A stretch of DNA of 39,600 bases from an uncultured Acidimicrobiia bacterium. Lineage in GTDB: Bacteria; Actinomycetota; Acidimicrobiia; Spongiisociales; JAOTWH01. The DNA is taken from contig CAYFYE010000009.1 in NCBI GenBank assembly GCA_964347285.1, positions 1 through 39,600 of the forward strand. The letters are read 5' to 3'. Positions 23,742 to 32,731 of the stretch are shown here, one piece after another; the first letter of the stretch is position 1; each line of letters opens with the position of its first letter. The position numbers and the translations under genes are program-made. The notes beneath the pieces were generated by a model. It was given only the letters and a program-made list of their open reading frames with translations, had not been told where the DNA came from and made no database searches.

Positions 23742-24684
23742 AGCCCGCCGCCCCGGACTCCGGCCCGGACCAACGACCAAGGAACTCGAGGACTTCCTTG
23801 GCGAACTCGTCGGCGTGGGTCAGCACCGCCTCGTGACGGGCGCCGACCAGATCGACGACCGACGCATCGGGCAGGAGAGCGGCCAGCTCGTACTGAGCTG
23901 CGGCCGGAATGAGCTGATCGTCGGTCGGAATGATCACGACCGCCGGCACGTCGATCTCTGAAACCCAGCTGCGGGAATCGAAGTGCCAGATGGCAGCAGC
24001 GGCGGCGAATGCCAGCGTGACGTCTCTGTCGAGCAACGACTCCCACAGCCAGCGGGCGTGGCGCCGCTCGATTGCCCCGACCCGAAGCAGATACCGGTGG
24101 CTGAGGCGGGCCCACTCGATGACGCTGATCCGTCCCAAGGCTCGCCCGAGCCCAAAGGCCAGGCGCACCGCCGCTCTGTGGCGGGCGATGGGATGGGCCG
24201 CAGTGGCGCCGAGGACCAGCACCGCCACCTTGCCCCGATGACGCCGGGCCAGTGCCTGGGCCGCCATTCCTCCCATCGAGTAGCCGGCCACGGGGACGTT
24301 GGCCAGCCCCAGAACGTCCATGACACCGGCGAGATCGTCGGCCAGATCATCGATGGTGAAGGCGCCGCGAAGATGGTCGGAGCGCCCGTGGTTGCGTTGG
24401 TCGACGGCGACCACCCGATAGCTGGCGGCCAACGCTTCCATGACCCGGTGCCACGTGGCCAGGCTGTCGTATCCCCAGCCGTGGACCAGCAGGAGCGGCG
24501 GCGAGTGGGCGTTCCCGACTTCACGCACGAAGAACTCCCGTTCGCCCACCAGGATCGATCGGCCCGTCACCCGCAGGGGTCGCTCCTGAGGGGTCTCCCA
24601 ACGAGGCGGGAAGACGGGTCCGAACAGACGCCAGCCCAACCAGCCGAGTGCCGCCGCGCCGGTGATTCGCTTGAGGGCGACCAT
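23716..24684 (-). CDS. Alpha/beta hydrolase
   Basis: HGWG oxyanion motif, DQRNHGRS, GYSMGG nucleophile, and Asp/His candidates (DDQ, GARH). Confidence 0.92.
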   Translation of the reverse strand: MVALKRITGAAALGWLGWRLFGPVFPPRWETPQERPLRVTGRSILVGEREFFVREVGNAHSPPLLLVHGWGYDSLATWHRVMEALAASYRVVAVDQRNHGRSDHLRGAFTIDDLADDLAGVMDVLGLANVPVAGYSMGGMAAQALARRHRGKVAVLVLGATAAHPIARHRAAVRLAFGLGRALGRISVIEWARLSHRYLLRVGAIERRHARWLWESLLDRDVTLAFAAAAAIWHFDSRSWVSEIDVPAVVIIPTDDQLIPAAAQYELAALLPDASVVDLVGARHEAVLTHADEFAKEVLEFLGRWSGPESGAAGSTERGGGR

Positions 24685-24765
24685 GGCCCCAGACTACGGT
24701 CCCGGGGCGGGGTGCCTCTCACCGCTTCATCGGCCCGGACCGGGGCCGGTGGACCGGCCCGGCCC

Positions 24766-25803
24766 TCAGATGACGCGGATTCGGCCGGCTTCGACGGTGA
24801 GCTCTCCCACCACGGCGGCGGCCGGTGCGCCACCTTCCAGTGCAGCCACGAGACTCTCGGTTTGAGCCGAGGGCACCGCGATCAGCAGGCCCCCACTGGT
24901 CTGGGCGTCGGTCAGCAGTACCCGAGCCGCCTCGGTGGTGTTGCCGAAATCGGTGAAGCGCTCTGCAAAACGACGATTCCGCTTGCTGCCGCCCGACACG
25001 AAGCCGGCCTCGGCGAGCTCTTCGGCTCCCGGCAACAGGGGGACCGAACCGGCCCGGATCAACGCTCCTGAGCTGGAAGCACGCAACATCTCGAAGAGGT
25101 GGCCGAGGAGCCCGTAGCCGGTGACATCGGTAGCAGCCCGGGCCCCCGCTTCGACCATGGCGTCGGCGGCACCCTCGTTGAGGGTGGCCATGACCTCGAC
25201 GGCGCGCTCCCGTACCTGGGCCGGTGCCTTTTCCCGCTTGATGGCAGCCGAGACGACCCCGGTGCCCAACGGCTTGGTGAGAACGAGGGTGTCACCGGGG
25301 CGGGCGGCGGCGTTGGCCATGATCCGATCGGGGTTTACCAGCCCGGTCACGGCCAGCCCGTATTTGGGCTCGGGGTCGTCGAGGGAATGCCCGCCGGTCA
25401 GGGTGCAGCGGGCTTCGGCCAGGACCGCAGCGCCGCCTTCCAGCACCTCTTCGAGCAGGGACAGGGGAAGCTCGGTGCGAGGCCAGCCCACGATCTGCAG
25501 AGCCGTGAGGGGACGGCCGCCCATCGCGTACACATCGGAGAGCGCGTTGGCGGCTGCGATCCGGCCCCAGTCGTAGGCCTCGTCGACGATCGGAGCGAAA
25601 AAGTCGACGGTCTGCACCAGGGCGAGCTCGTCCGAGAGCCGGTACACCCCGGCATCATCAGACCCTTCGATGCCCACCAGCAGGTCTGGGTGGCGGACCG
25701 GGCCAATCTGAACCAAACGGCGCAGCACCTGCGCCAGCTCGTCAGGGCCGAGCTTGCACGCTCAGCCGGCCCCGTGCGAGTAGGCAGTCAACCTCACCGG
25801 CAT
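24766..25803 (-). CDS. selD: Selenophosphate synthetase containing selenocysteine (UGA at codon 14, 25762-25764)
   Basis: GGAGGT RBS, ATG 25803, MPVRLTAYSHGAG-TGA-ACKLGPDEL continuing in frame into DDAGVY, TVDFF, NALSDVYAMGG, GGHS, TDVTGYGLLGH, DAQTSGGLL. Confidence 0.95.
25731..25761 (-). promoter_or_regulatory. Putative bacterial SECIS hairpin immediately 3' of the selD UGA
   Basis: mRNA UGA GCG UGC A AGCUCG [GCCCUGA] CGAGCU G GCG C: a 6-bp perfect upper stem plus a lower stem, with G first in the loop. Confidence 0.7.
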
Positions 25804-25896
25804 CTCGATCACCTCCCGGAGCGAGTGTACGGCTCCGCCGGTTTGCCGGGCCGCCCTCCGATGGCGGCACGGGGCCGAAGACGGGTCGTGCCCGGC

Positions 25897-25925
25897 TTGC
25901 GCACTCTTTCACAAGGGGGTACTAT
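25897..25925 (+). promoter_or_regulatory. Housekeeping sigma70-type promoter of the sRNA
   Basis: TTGCGC (25897-25902), 17-nt spacer, TACTAT (25920-25925). Confidence 0.75.
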
Positions 25926-25931
25926 CCCGTC

Positions 25932-26048
25932 GCCGGACGGGAGCGCTCGCTCCCACCGGCCACATTGCAGAGTCCCCTCCTCCCCCCTGGGGGACCTGTG
26001 AACCTCTAAAAGCAGGCCCTCTCTCCCCCCTGGAGGGCCTGCTTTTTT
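25932..26048 (+). ncRNA. 6C-type small RNA (three hairpins, two with CCCCCC loops)
   Basis: 5' hairpin GCCGG..GGGAGC/GCTCCC..CCGGC. Hairpin 2 GTCCCCT[CCTCCCCCCT]GGGGGAC. Hairpin 3 is a terminator with C6 at 26025-26030. Upstream promoter present, no credible ORF. Confidence 0.8.
26008..26048 (+). terminator. Intrinsic terminator of the sRNA
   Basis: AAAAGCAGGCCCTC...GAGGGCCTGCTTTTTT, a long stem followed by T6. Confidence 0.9.
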
Positions 26049-26108
26049 GGTTCCGTCCCGATGTGTCGGCAGACCAGGACCCGGCCTCCGGGTAGTAACT
26101 TCCCGCTG

Positions 26109-27485
26109 ATGCGTCTTCGATTGCGACGCCCGCGTGACCTGGCTCTCGCCTTGCGCGAGGTGGCCCGGCGCCGCCCCAAGGACGCCGAGGAATACCTAGA
26201 TGCCCACCTGGAAGAGTGGGAGTCTCTCGCCGAGGCCGATCCGCACAACGCCGCCGACATCCTCGAGGCCCTGGAACCGGAGGCAACGCTGGAGCTGGTC
26301 GCCGACCTCGAGCCCGAAGAGGCCGCCGAAGTTCTCTCCGAGATGCGCAACGATGCCGCCGCGGCCGTGATCGGCCACCTCGAGCGGGAGGCGGCCGCCG
26401 CCATCGTCGAGGACCTCAGCCCGGCCGAGGCGGCCGACATCATCGGCCGGCTCGAGCCGGACGAGCGTTCTCCGATCCTCGAGCTAATGCCGGACGAAGC
26501 CGTGGACACCCTCACCGGACTGCTCGCCTACCCGCCGGACTCGGCCGGCGGCCTGATGAGCACCGAATACGCCGCCCTCCAGATCGGTTTGAGCGCCGGA
26601 GAGGCCATCGAGGCTCTGCGCCGTCTGCACGAGCAAGTGGAGCAGCTGGCCTACGTCTACGTCGTCGATCACGAGCACCGCCTGCATGGCGTCATCTCCT
26701 TCCGAGAGCTGGTCTTCGCCCGCCCCGGCACAGCCATCGAGGAGGTGATGGTGCCCAGCCCGGTAGCGGTGCGCCCCGAAACCGACCGGGAGGAAGTGGC
26801 CCAGCTCATCCAGCGCTACGGCCTGCTCTCGCTGCCGGTGGTCGATTTCCGCGGCCGGGTTCTCGGCATCGTCACAGTCGAGGAGGCCCTCGAGGTCGTT
26901 CAGGAAGAGGCCGGCGAGGATATCGCCGTGATGGTTGGTGCCGGTGTGGGCGAGACCGTGCACACCTCGGTCCCCGTGTCGGTCCGGAACCGGTTCCCGT
27001 GGATCATGGTCAACCTGGCCATTGCCTTCCTCGTCGCCGCGGTCGTCAGCCGGTTCGAACCCGTCATCTCCGCCAACGTGGTGCTGGCCGCCTACATGCC
27101 CGTCGTTGCCTCGGTGGGTGGAAACAGCGGCGCGCAGAGCCTGGCCGTGGTCATCCGTGCCCTCGCCATCGAGGACATACCGCCCCACCGGGGCCGGCAG
27201 GTGATCATCCGCCAGCTTGCCGTCGGCGTCGCCAACGGGGTGGCCGTTGCCGTTGCCGCCGGTGCGATCGCCGGGCTCTTCACCGGCGACCTCGGGATCG
27301 CCATCGTGATCGGACTGGCCGCTCTGGCCAACATGGCGGCAGCCGGTCTGGCCGGTGCCGGCATCCCGATACTGCTGCAGCGGCTCGGCCAGGATCCGGC
27401 CCTTGCCTCCAACATCCTTCTCACGCTCATCTCAGACGTGATCGGCTTCGGAGGGTTCTTGGCGATCGCCAGCCTGCTGCTCTAG
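26109..27485 (+). CDS. mgtE: Magnesium transporter MgtE
   Basis: Acidic N domain, YPPDSAGGLM, CBS pair, GGNSGAQS, DPALAS...ISD. ATG 26109 lies 7 nt after TAACTT. Confidence 0.94.
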   Translation: MRLRLRRPRDLALALREVARRRPKDAEEYLDAHLEEWESLAEADPHNAADILEALEPEATLELVADLEPEEAAEVLSEMRNDAAAAVIGHLEREAAAAIVEDLSPAEAADIIGRLEPDERSPILELMPDEAVDTLTGLLAYPPDSAGGLMSTEYAALQIGLSAGEAIEALRRLHEQVEQLAYVYVVDHEHRLHGVISFRELVFARPGTAIEEVMVPSPVAVRPETDREEVAQLIQRYGLLSLPVVDFRGRVLGIVTVEEALEVVQEEAGEDIAVMVGAGVGETVHTSVPVSVRNRFPWIMVNLAIAFLVAAVVSRFEPVISANVVLAAYMPVVASVGGNSGAQSLAVVIRALAIEDIPPHRGRQVIIRQLAVGVANGVAVAVAAGAIAGLFTGDLGIAIVIGLAALANMAAAGLAGAGIPILLQRLGQDPALASNILLTLISDVIGFGGFLAIASLLL

Positions 27486-29095
27486 GTGGCTCGGGCGGAG
27501 AAGTCGACGACGGCGGCGCCGTCGGCTTCGGCACTCAACTCGAGCGCCTCCGACATGGCCAGCATGGCACTGACGATCGTCGGATCGAATTGGGATCCGG
27601 AGTTGCGCTGCAATTCATCGAGCGCCTCGGCAGGGGTCAACTGCTCTTCGTAGCTGCGATGGGACGTCATGGCGGTGAACGCATCCGCGACCAGCAGCAC
27701 ACGGCCGAGGAACGGTATCTCCGTCCCTGCCTGTCTATTCGGGTATCCGGTTCCGTCGAAGCGCTCGTGGTTGGCGAGGACGGTTTCGGCCACCACCGGG
27801 TGAACAAGGTTCTGCACCAGTTCGAATCCGCGCCGGGGATGCTCCATGACCATGTCCCATTCCTGAGGGGTGAGGGGGCCCGGCTTGTACAGGACGCTGT
27901 CCGGCACCCCGATCTTGCCGACATCCTGGAGCAGCGCCGCCACCCGCAGGTGCTCGAGATCGGAGGCCTGCAACTCGAGTCGAGCCCCGAGAGCGACCGC
28001 TACTTCGGCGGTCCGCAACGCCCGCTCGGCCATGTCGGCATCCCGCAACCGAAGCACTCGAATCAGGAGGTCGATGACTTGGCTGCCCTGGGGGTGGATC
28101 GTCGCCACCGGAGAGGTGAGTGGCACGACCTCCCCGGCCAGGCGGACGCGGTTCTTCCCCTCCCTCTTGGCGAGATAGAGGGCACGGTCGGCCGATTCGA
28201 TCAGCTCATCGCGTCCGACCGCATGGTCGGGAACAGCCGACACTCCGATGCTCACCGTGACCGGACCCAAGTCTGGTACGGGAGTCTCGGCACATCGGCT
28301 CCGGATCCGCTCGGCCACCAGGCGGGCCCCGGGGGCGTCGGTCTCGGGAAGCAGGAGAGCGAACTCCTCTCCCCCCACGCGACACACCACATCAACCGAT
28401 CGGACCTCCTCCTGCAGGATCCCCGCTACCTGCTGGAGCACCTGATCCCCGACGGCGTGGCCGTAGTCATCGTTGATCCGACCCAGGTGGTCGACGTCGG
28501 CGAGGGCCAGCGCCAAGGGGCGGCGATGGCGCAGCGCCCTGTCCAGCTCCTCGCGCAGCCGGCCATGGAAGTACCCGTGGTTCTTGAGGCCGGTGAGCCA
28601 GTCGGTGACCGACAGTGCCTGGAGCTGCTCAACCAGCCCCTCCAGCTCGTCGTTGCGGAGCTTCTCCCGCTCGTGGAGGCGCGCCACCTCCTCGAGAACC
28701 GGTCGGGTGACTTCCGAGGAGAGCAGGCCCGATCCGGAGTACACGGCCCTCACGGCGTCGATGATGTCCTCCCGCTTGCTCTTGACGACGTAGCCCCGAG
28801 CGCCGGCCGCGACCAACTCGGAAACGCGGTCGGCTTCCGAGGGATCGGCCATGGCGATCACCGACAGCGAGAAGCCCGAACGGGACCGCAAGTCACCCGC
28901 CACCTCAGCGCCGTTGTTGCCCAGCGTGGCTACGTCGAGAAGGGCGATCGTCGGCTGTTTCTGCTCGACGAGCAAGGCGGCCTCTTCTGCATCGACCGCT
29001 TGACCCACCACGTCGCATCCGGCCGCCTCGAGGGCAGCGGCGACGGCTGATCGGCTGCGCCGATCCTGGTCTACGAGCAGCACGCGAATAGGCAA
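27482..29095 (-). CDS. REC-GGDEF diguanylate cyclase fused to a degenerate HD-GYP domain
   Basis: N-terminal REC, TDWLTGL, INDDYGHAVGD, RSVD I-site, GGEEF, HERFDGTGYP. AGGAGG RBS before the TTG. Confidence 0.9.
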   Translation of the reverse strand: MPIRVLLVDQDRRSRSAVAAALEAAGCDVVGQAVDAEEAALLVEQKQPTIALLDVATLGNNGAEVAGDLRSRSGFSLSVIAMADPSEADRVSELVAAGARGYVVKSKREDIIDAVRAVYSGSGLLSSEVTRPVLEEVARLHEREKLRNDELEGLVEQLQALSVTDWLTGLKNHGYFHGRLREELDRALRHRRPLALALADVDHLGRINDDYGHAVGDQVLQQVAGILQEEVRSVDVVCRVGGEEFALLLPETDAPGARLVAERIRSRCAETPVPDLGPVTVSIGVSAVPDHAVGRDELIESADRALYLAKREGKNRVRLAGEVVPLTSPVATIHPQGSQVIDLLIRVLRLRDADMAERALRTAEVAVALGARLELQASDLEHLRVAALLQDVGKIGVPDSVLYKPGPLTPQEWDMVMEHPRRGFELVQNLVHPVVAETVLANHERFDGTGYPNRQAGTEIPFLGRVLLVADAFTAMTSHRSYEEQLTPAEALDELQRNSGSQFDPTIVSAMLAMSEALELSAEADGAAVVDFSARAT

Positions 29096-29152
29096 GGACG
29101 TACCTCCTACCCTGAGTTTTCGGCACGTGCAGAAGAGTCCTTTACGACTCCC

Positions 29153-29674
29153 TCAGGAACCGAGGATGACTTCGCCGACGTCCTCGAACGGGCCCAGGAA
29201 GATCATGCGAAAGCCTTCCTCCAGTCGCAACAGATAGTGCTCCTCGAGGATGGCGGCTTCGGTCTCGGTCAGATCTTCCTGGAGCACCAGAGGAACGGCC
29301 GCCTCGTCATCGACCAGATAGAGGCCGGTTACCGGAGCAAAGCGCTCAACCGCGTCGCCGACGACGTTTTGGAGATCGATGTCGCTGTACGTACCCGGTT
29401 CGATGAGCACCACCAGCACGTCGTCCTCGCTGCGGGACATGATTCGGTACTCCGGCAGCCCCAGCTCCTCGGCGAGGGTGGTTGTCGGTGCGGCCTCGGT
29501 ACCCACAGGCGTCGTACCCGCCGGCGCGCCGACCGTGTCGGGAGCTATCCCGGTGGCCGGAGGGGCAACGGTGGGAGCGACCGAGTCGGTGGTGGCTGAT
29601 TCCTCCCCGTCCGAGCAGGCCGCGCCGAGTGAGGAGAGGACGATCAGCCAGATACCCACCCGACGAAACGCCAT
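29153..29674 (-). CDS. Hypothetical lipoprotein
   Basis: Basic N-terminus, hydrophobic core, LGAA-C lipobox, Thr/Pro-rich linker, acidic C-terminal domain. Confidence 0.78.
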   Translation of the reverse strand: MAFRRVGIWLIVLSSLGAACSDGEESATTDSVAPTVAPPATGIAPDTVGAPAGTTPVGTEAAPTTTLAEELGLPEYRIMSRSEDDVLVVLIEPGTYSDIDLQNVVGDAVERFAPVTGLYLVDDEAAVPLVLQEDLTETEAAILEEHYLLRLEEGFRMIFLGPFEDVGEVILGS

Positions 29675-29714
29675 GAGGCCACCCTACCGGACCGCGAGGT
29701 CCGGTCGGCGCGGG

Positions 29715-30125
29715 TCAGCGGCCCTCCAGCCACTCCTCGTAGCTCCGGGATTCGGGCCAGGGCTGGAAGTGGACCATGCGATAGCGGCGGCGCACCTCCT
29801 CGAACAGCTCGGGACTGGGATCGATCTCCAGGCCCAGTCGAGCTATGTCAAGCGTTGGCTTCCAGCCCTTGCTTCCCAACGCCTCGTCGACCGCCGACTC
29901 CCAGCCGACGCGGGCCGTCTTTGGATGCAATTCCAGATAGCGGCGCAGGCGCCGGGCCTGGCGGATACCGGCACGCATCTGCTTCACCGCCGGCCTCAGC
30001 GAGCCCTCGGAAAGAGACTCGAACATCTCCGCCGCCCACGAGGAGAGTGCCTCGTCCTCCCATGCGGCCGGATCGGCGGCCACGGCTTGGTAGAGGCCGT
30101 CGAGGGTTCGTACCAGTTCGAGCAC
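29715..30125 (-). CDS. Hypothetical protein
   Basis: 136 aa with protein-like composition. Its start overlaps the stop of the upstream aminotransferase. Confidence 0.7.
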   Translation of the reverse strand: MLELVRTLDGLYQAVAADPAAWEDEALSSWAAEMFESLSEGSLRPAVKQMRAGIRQARRLRRYLELHPKTARVGWESAVDEALGSKGWKPTLDIARLGLEIDPSPELFEEVRRRYRMVHFQPWPESRSYEEWLEGR

Positions 30126-30949
30126 TAGGTACCGAGCTCTTCGGAGATGATTTGCTGCACCGTACCGCCCAGCTTCTTGGTCATCGGTCCGGGAACGAAT
30201 TCGGCGGTGCCCAACCGGCCGACCGGTGCGAACTCCTTCACAGTGGACATCGCCGCCACCTCATCGGAAGACAGCAGGTGAGCCAGGTGGTAGGTGCCCT
30301 CACGGACACCTATGCCCAAGCGGCCGGCCGCCTCGAGGACGACGGCGCGCGTGATCGAAGGAAGCACGCCGAGTTCGAGGGTAGGGGTCTCCAGAACACC
30401 TCCTCTGAACCAGCAGATCGAGAAGGTGGGGCCCTCGAGAACAGTCTCGTCCCGGGCCAACAGCAACGCATCGTCGAAGCCGGCCTCTTGGGCGGCGATG
30501 GTGGCCGCCATGTTGGGTGCATACGAGAGAGTCTTGGCCCTGGTCAGCTCCGAGAAGGCGCCGGCGGCATGCCAGGGGGCCGCCAGCGGCAACAGCGACA
30601 GCACATCGGGGAGTTGCGGAGGCTCTTCCCAGAAGACGACCGTCCGGGCCGGAGAGGTGAAGAGCGTGTCCCGGCTGCCGGCCGTCAAATAGCAGCGCAC
30701 CAGACAATCTCCGCCCTCGGCGGCCTGGCCATCGATCCAGGCTTCGAGGTCGGCTCGTACGGGCATATCCAGCCCCAGCGCCGATGCGCTGGTCTCCATT
30801 CGATCGAGGTGAGCGGACACCCGAAATGGTCGGCCTCCGTAGGAGCGGATCACCTCGAAGCATCCGAAACCCCGCACCACGCCCCAATCGAAGACGGATA
30901 TAGCCGCCTCTTCCTGGCGTTGGGGGACACCATCGATGAGGACACGCAT
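30125..30949 (-). CDS. Class IV aminotransferase (IlvE/PabC/D-amino acid aminotransferase family)
   Basis: GFGCFEVIR, HLDRM, AKTLSY (PLP Lys), LEGPTFS, LPSITR. ATG 30949 lies 7 nt after TAACCT. Confidence 0.9.
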   Translation of the reverse strand: MRVLIDGVPQRQEEAAISVFDWGVVRGFGCFEVIRSYGGRPFRVSAHLDRMETSASALGLDMPVRADLEAWIDGQAAEGGDCLVRCYLTAGSRDTLFTSPARTVVFWEEPPQLPDVLSLLPLAAPWHAAGAFSELTRAKTLSYAPNMAATIAAQEAGFDDALLLARDETVLEGPTFSICWFRGGVLETPTLELGVLPSITRAVVLEAAGRLGIGVREGTYHLAHLLSSDEVAAMSTVKEFAPVGRLGTAEFVPGPMTKKLGGTVQQIISEELGT

Positions 30950-30959
30950 GACCGGGAGG

Positions 30960-32684
30960 TTACTTGGGGCCTTCGGGACCGGATCGCTTGACGGTGATCG
31001 GCAGGCGGCGATCCCGGCCAAAAGCCTTGCGGGTGATCTTGACGCCCGGGGCCGCCTGGCGTCGCTTGTACTCGTTGCCGTCCACCATGGCCGCCACCCG
31101 ACGTGCCGTTGCCGGATCGGCCCCACCGGCGATGATGGTCTCGACCGACTCGTCGGCCTCCACGTAGCGCTCCAGGAGCGCATCGAGCACCTCGTAAGGA
31201 GGCAGGCTGTCGGTATCCACCTGGTCGGGTCGAAGCTCGGCCGAAGGCGGCTTGTTCATCACGGTGTCCGGAATCACCGGCCCCTGCTTGTTTCGCCAAG
31301 CGGCCAGCCGGTACACCCTGGTCTTGAAGACGTCCTTCAGGACGGCGAAGCCGCCCGCCATGTCGCCGTACAGCGTGGCGTACCCGACCGCCATCTCCGA
31401 CTTGTTCCCGGTGGCCAGCACCATGCCCCCGAACTTGTTGGAGACGGCCATGAGAATGGCCCCTCTGCTGCGGGCCTGGAGGTTCTCCTCGGCCACGCCT
31501 TCGGCAGTACCTTCGAAGACGGCCGCGAGGGCGTGCCGATATGCCTCGAAGACCCCGTCGATACCGACAACGTCGAACCGGCAGCCGAGCCGGCGGGCCA
31601 CCTCGGCGGCGTCCTGGAGCGATTCGGGCGAGTTGTACGGCCCCGGCATGGCCACGGTGCGCACTGCGTCCGGGCCTAATGCGTCGACCGCGATGGCGGT
31701 GGTGAGTGCCGAGTCGATGCCTCCCGACAGACCCACCACGACACCGGAGAAGCCATTCTTCCTCACGTAGTCGGCCAGCCCGAGCCGGAGGGCCGCATAG
31801 ATCTCCTCGTCGGGATCGAGCGACGCGGCGACTCCTGCCACGTCGGCCCTGGGAAGGGGCCCCGATCGCTCAGCGACACGCACCGGAATCGTCTCGACCC
31901 CCGTACGGCGCTCGGGGAGCTCCAAGTCGAGAAGGAATTGCTCCTCGGTGAACTGCCCGGCCCGAAACAGCATGTTGCCTTCGCCGTCGAAGGCCATGCT
32001 CTGGCCATCGAACACCAGCTCGTCCTGGCCACCTACCAAGTTGAGATACACCAGCGGAAGGCCGAAGCGGCGCGCTTGACCGGAAAGGAGTTCAACCCGC
32101 TCGGCGCCCTTGCCGAGGTGGTAGGGCGATCCATTGATGTTCACGAGCACCTGCGCTCCCGCCCCCGCCTGCGCGGCCGGGGCGCCGTCGGGGACCCAGA
32201 TGTCCTCACAGATCGACACGCCGACTGCCGCCCCCCCGACGTCGAACAGGCGACCGTCGGCCGGCCCGGGGACGAAGTAGCGATCTTCATCGAAGACCCC
32301 GTAGTTGGGGAGCAGGGCCTTGTGGTACACGGCCCGGACTTCTCCGCCGGCCAGGAGAGCGGCGGCATTTGCCGTTCTCCGCTCAACGGCATCGTCCAGC
32401 CGGGGCGGTTCCTCCTCCGCTCGATCCACGAACCCGACCACCACCACCGTCTCCCCCGAGCGGGCCGCCAAGTCGTCAAGCACCTCGAGATTCCCGTCGA
32501 CAAAGGCCTTCCGCAGCAGGAGGTCCTCGGGCGGATAGCCGGTGATCGCCAGTTCGGGCAGCAGCAGCACGTCGGCCCCGGCCTCTTCGGCCCAGGTCAT
32601 CGCCTCCCCGATTCGGTTCCCGTTTCCCTCGAGGTCGCCGACCACCACGTTGAGCTGAGCACCGGCGATGCGCAACGAGGCCAT
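30960..32684 (-). CDS. nadE: Glutamine-dependent NAD+ synthetase
   Basis: Nitrilase domain (PEL, K.LLPNYGVFDE, ICED) plus SGGIDS, ENLQAR, TGNKSE, EYKRRQA. Confidence 0.97.
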   Translation of the reverse strand: MASLRIAGAQLNVVVGDLEGNGNRIGEAMTWAEEAGADVLLLPELAITGYPPEDLLLRKAFVDGNLEVLDDLAARSGETVVVVGFVDRAEEEPPRLDDAVERRTANAAALLAGGEVRAVYHKALLPNYGVFDEDRYFVPGPADGRLFDVGGAAVGVSICEDIWVPDGAPAAQAGAGAQVLVNINGSPYHLGKGAERVELLSGQARRFGLPLVYLNLVGGQDELVFDGQSMAFDGEGNMLFRAGQFTEEQFLLDLELPERRTGVETIPVRVAERSGPLPRADVAGVAASLDPDEEIYAALRLGLADYVRKNGFSGVVVGLSGGIDSALTTAIAVDALGPDAVRTVAMPGPYNSPESLQDAAEVARRLGCRFDVVGIDGVFEAYRHALAAVFEGTAEGVAEENLQARSRGAILMAVSNKFGGMVLATGNKSEMAVGYATLYGDMAGGFAVLKDVFKTRVYRLAAWRNKQGPVIPDTVMNKPPSAELRPDQVDTDSLPPYEVLDALLERYVEADESVETIIAGGADPATARRVAAMVDGNEYKRRQAAPGVKITRKAFGRDRRLPITVKRSGPEGPK

Positions 32685-32731
32685 GAGCGAAGCCTAGGCA
32701 CCGCATCGGTAGTCGCCCTACCCTCGCCGCG

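Noticed and set aside
25762..25764. selD as a pseudogene with a premature stop
   Set aside because: The TGA is exactly at the catalytic Cys/Sec position, is followed by a hairpin, and the rest of the gene is intact.
25804..25896. tRNA-Sec next to selD
   Set aside because: Only short GC hairpins are present, with no cloverleaf, UCA anticodon arm or TTCGA loop.
25932..26048. Mg2+ (M-box) or other riboswitch controlling mgtE
   Set aside because: I recognised no M-box/yybP features or antiterminator. The C6 loops fit 6C RNA, and mgtE has its own -10 box after the terminator. Read-through is not formally excluded.
26216..29050. 944-aa plus-strand ORF
   Set aside because: An Arg/Gly/Pro-rich shadow frame over mgtE and antisense to the DGC, typical of high-GC DNA.
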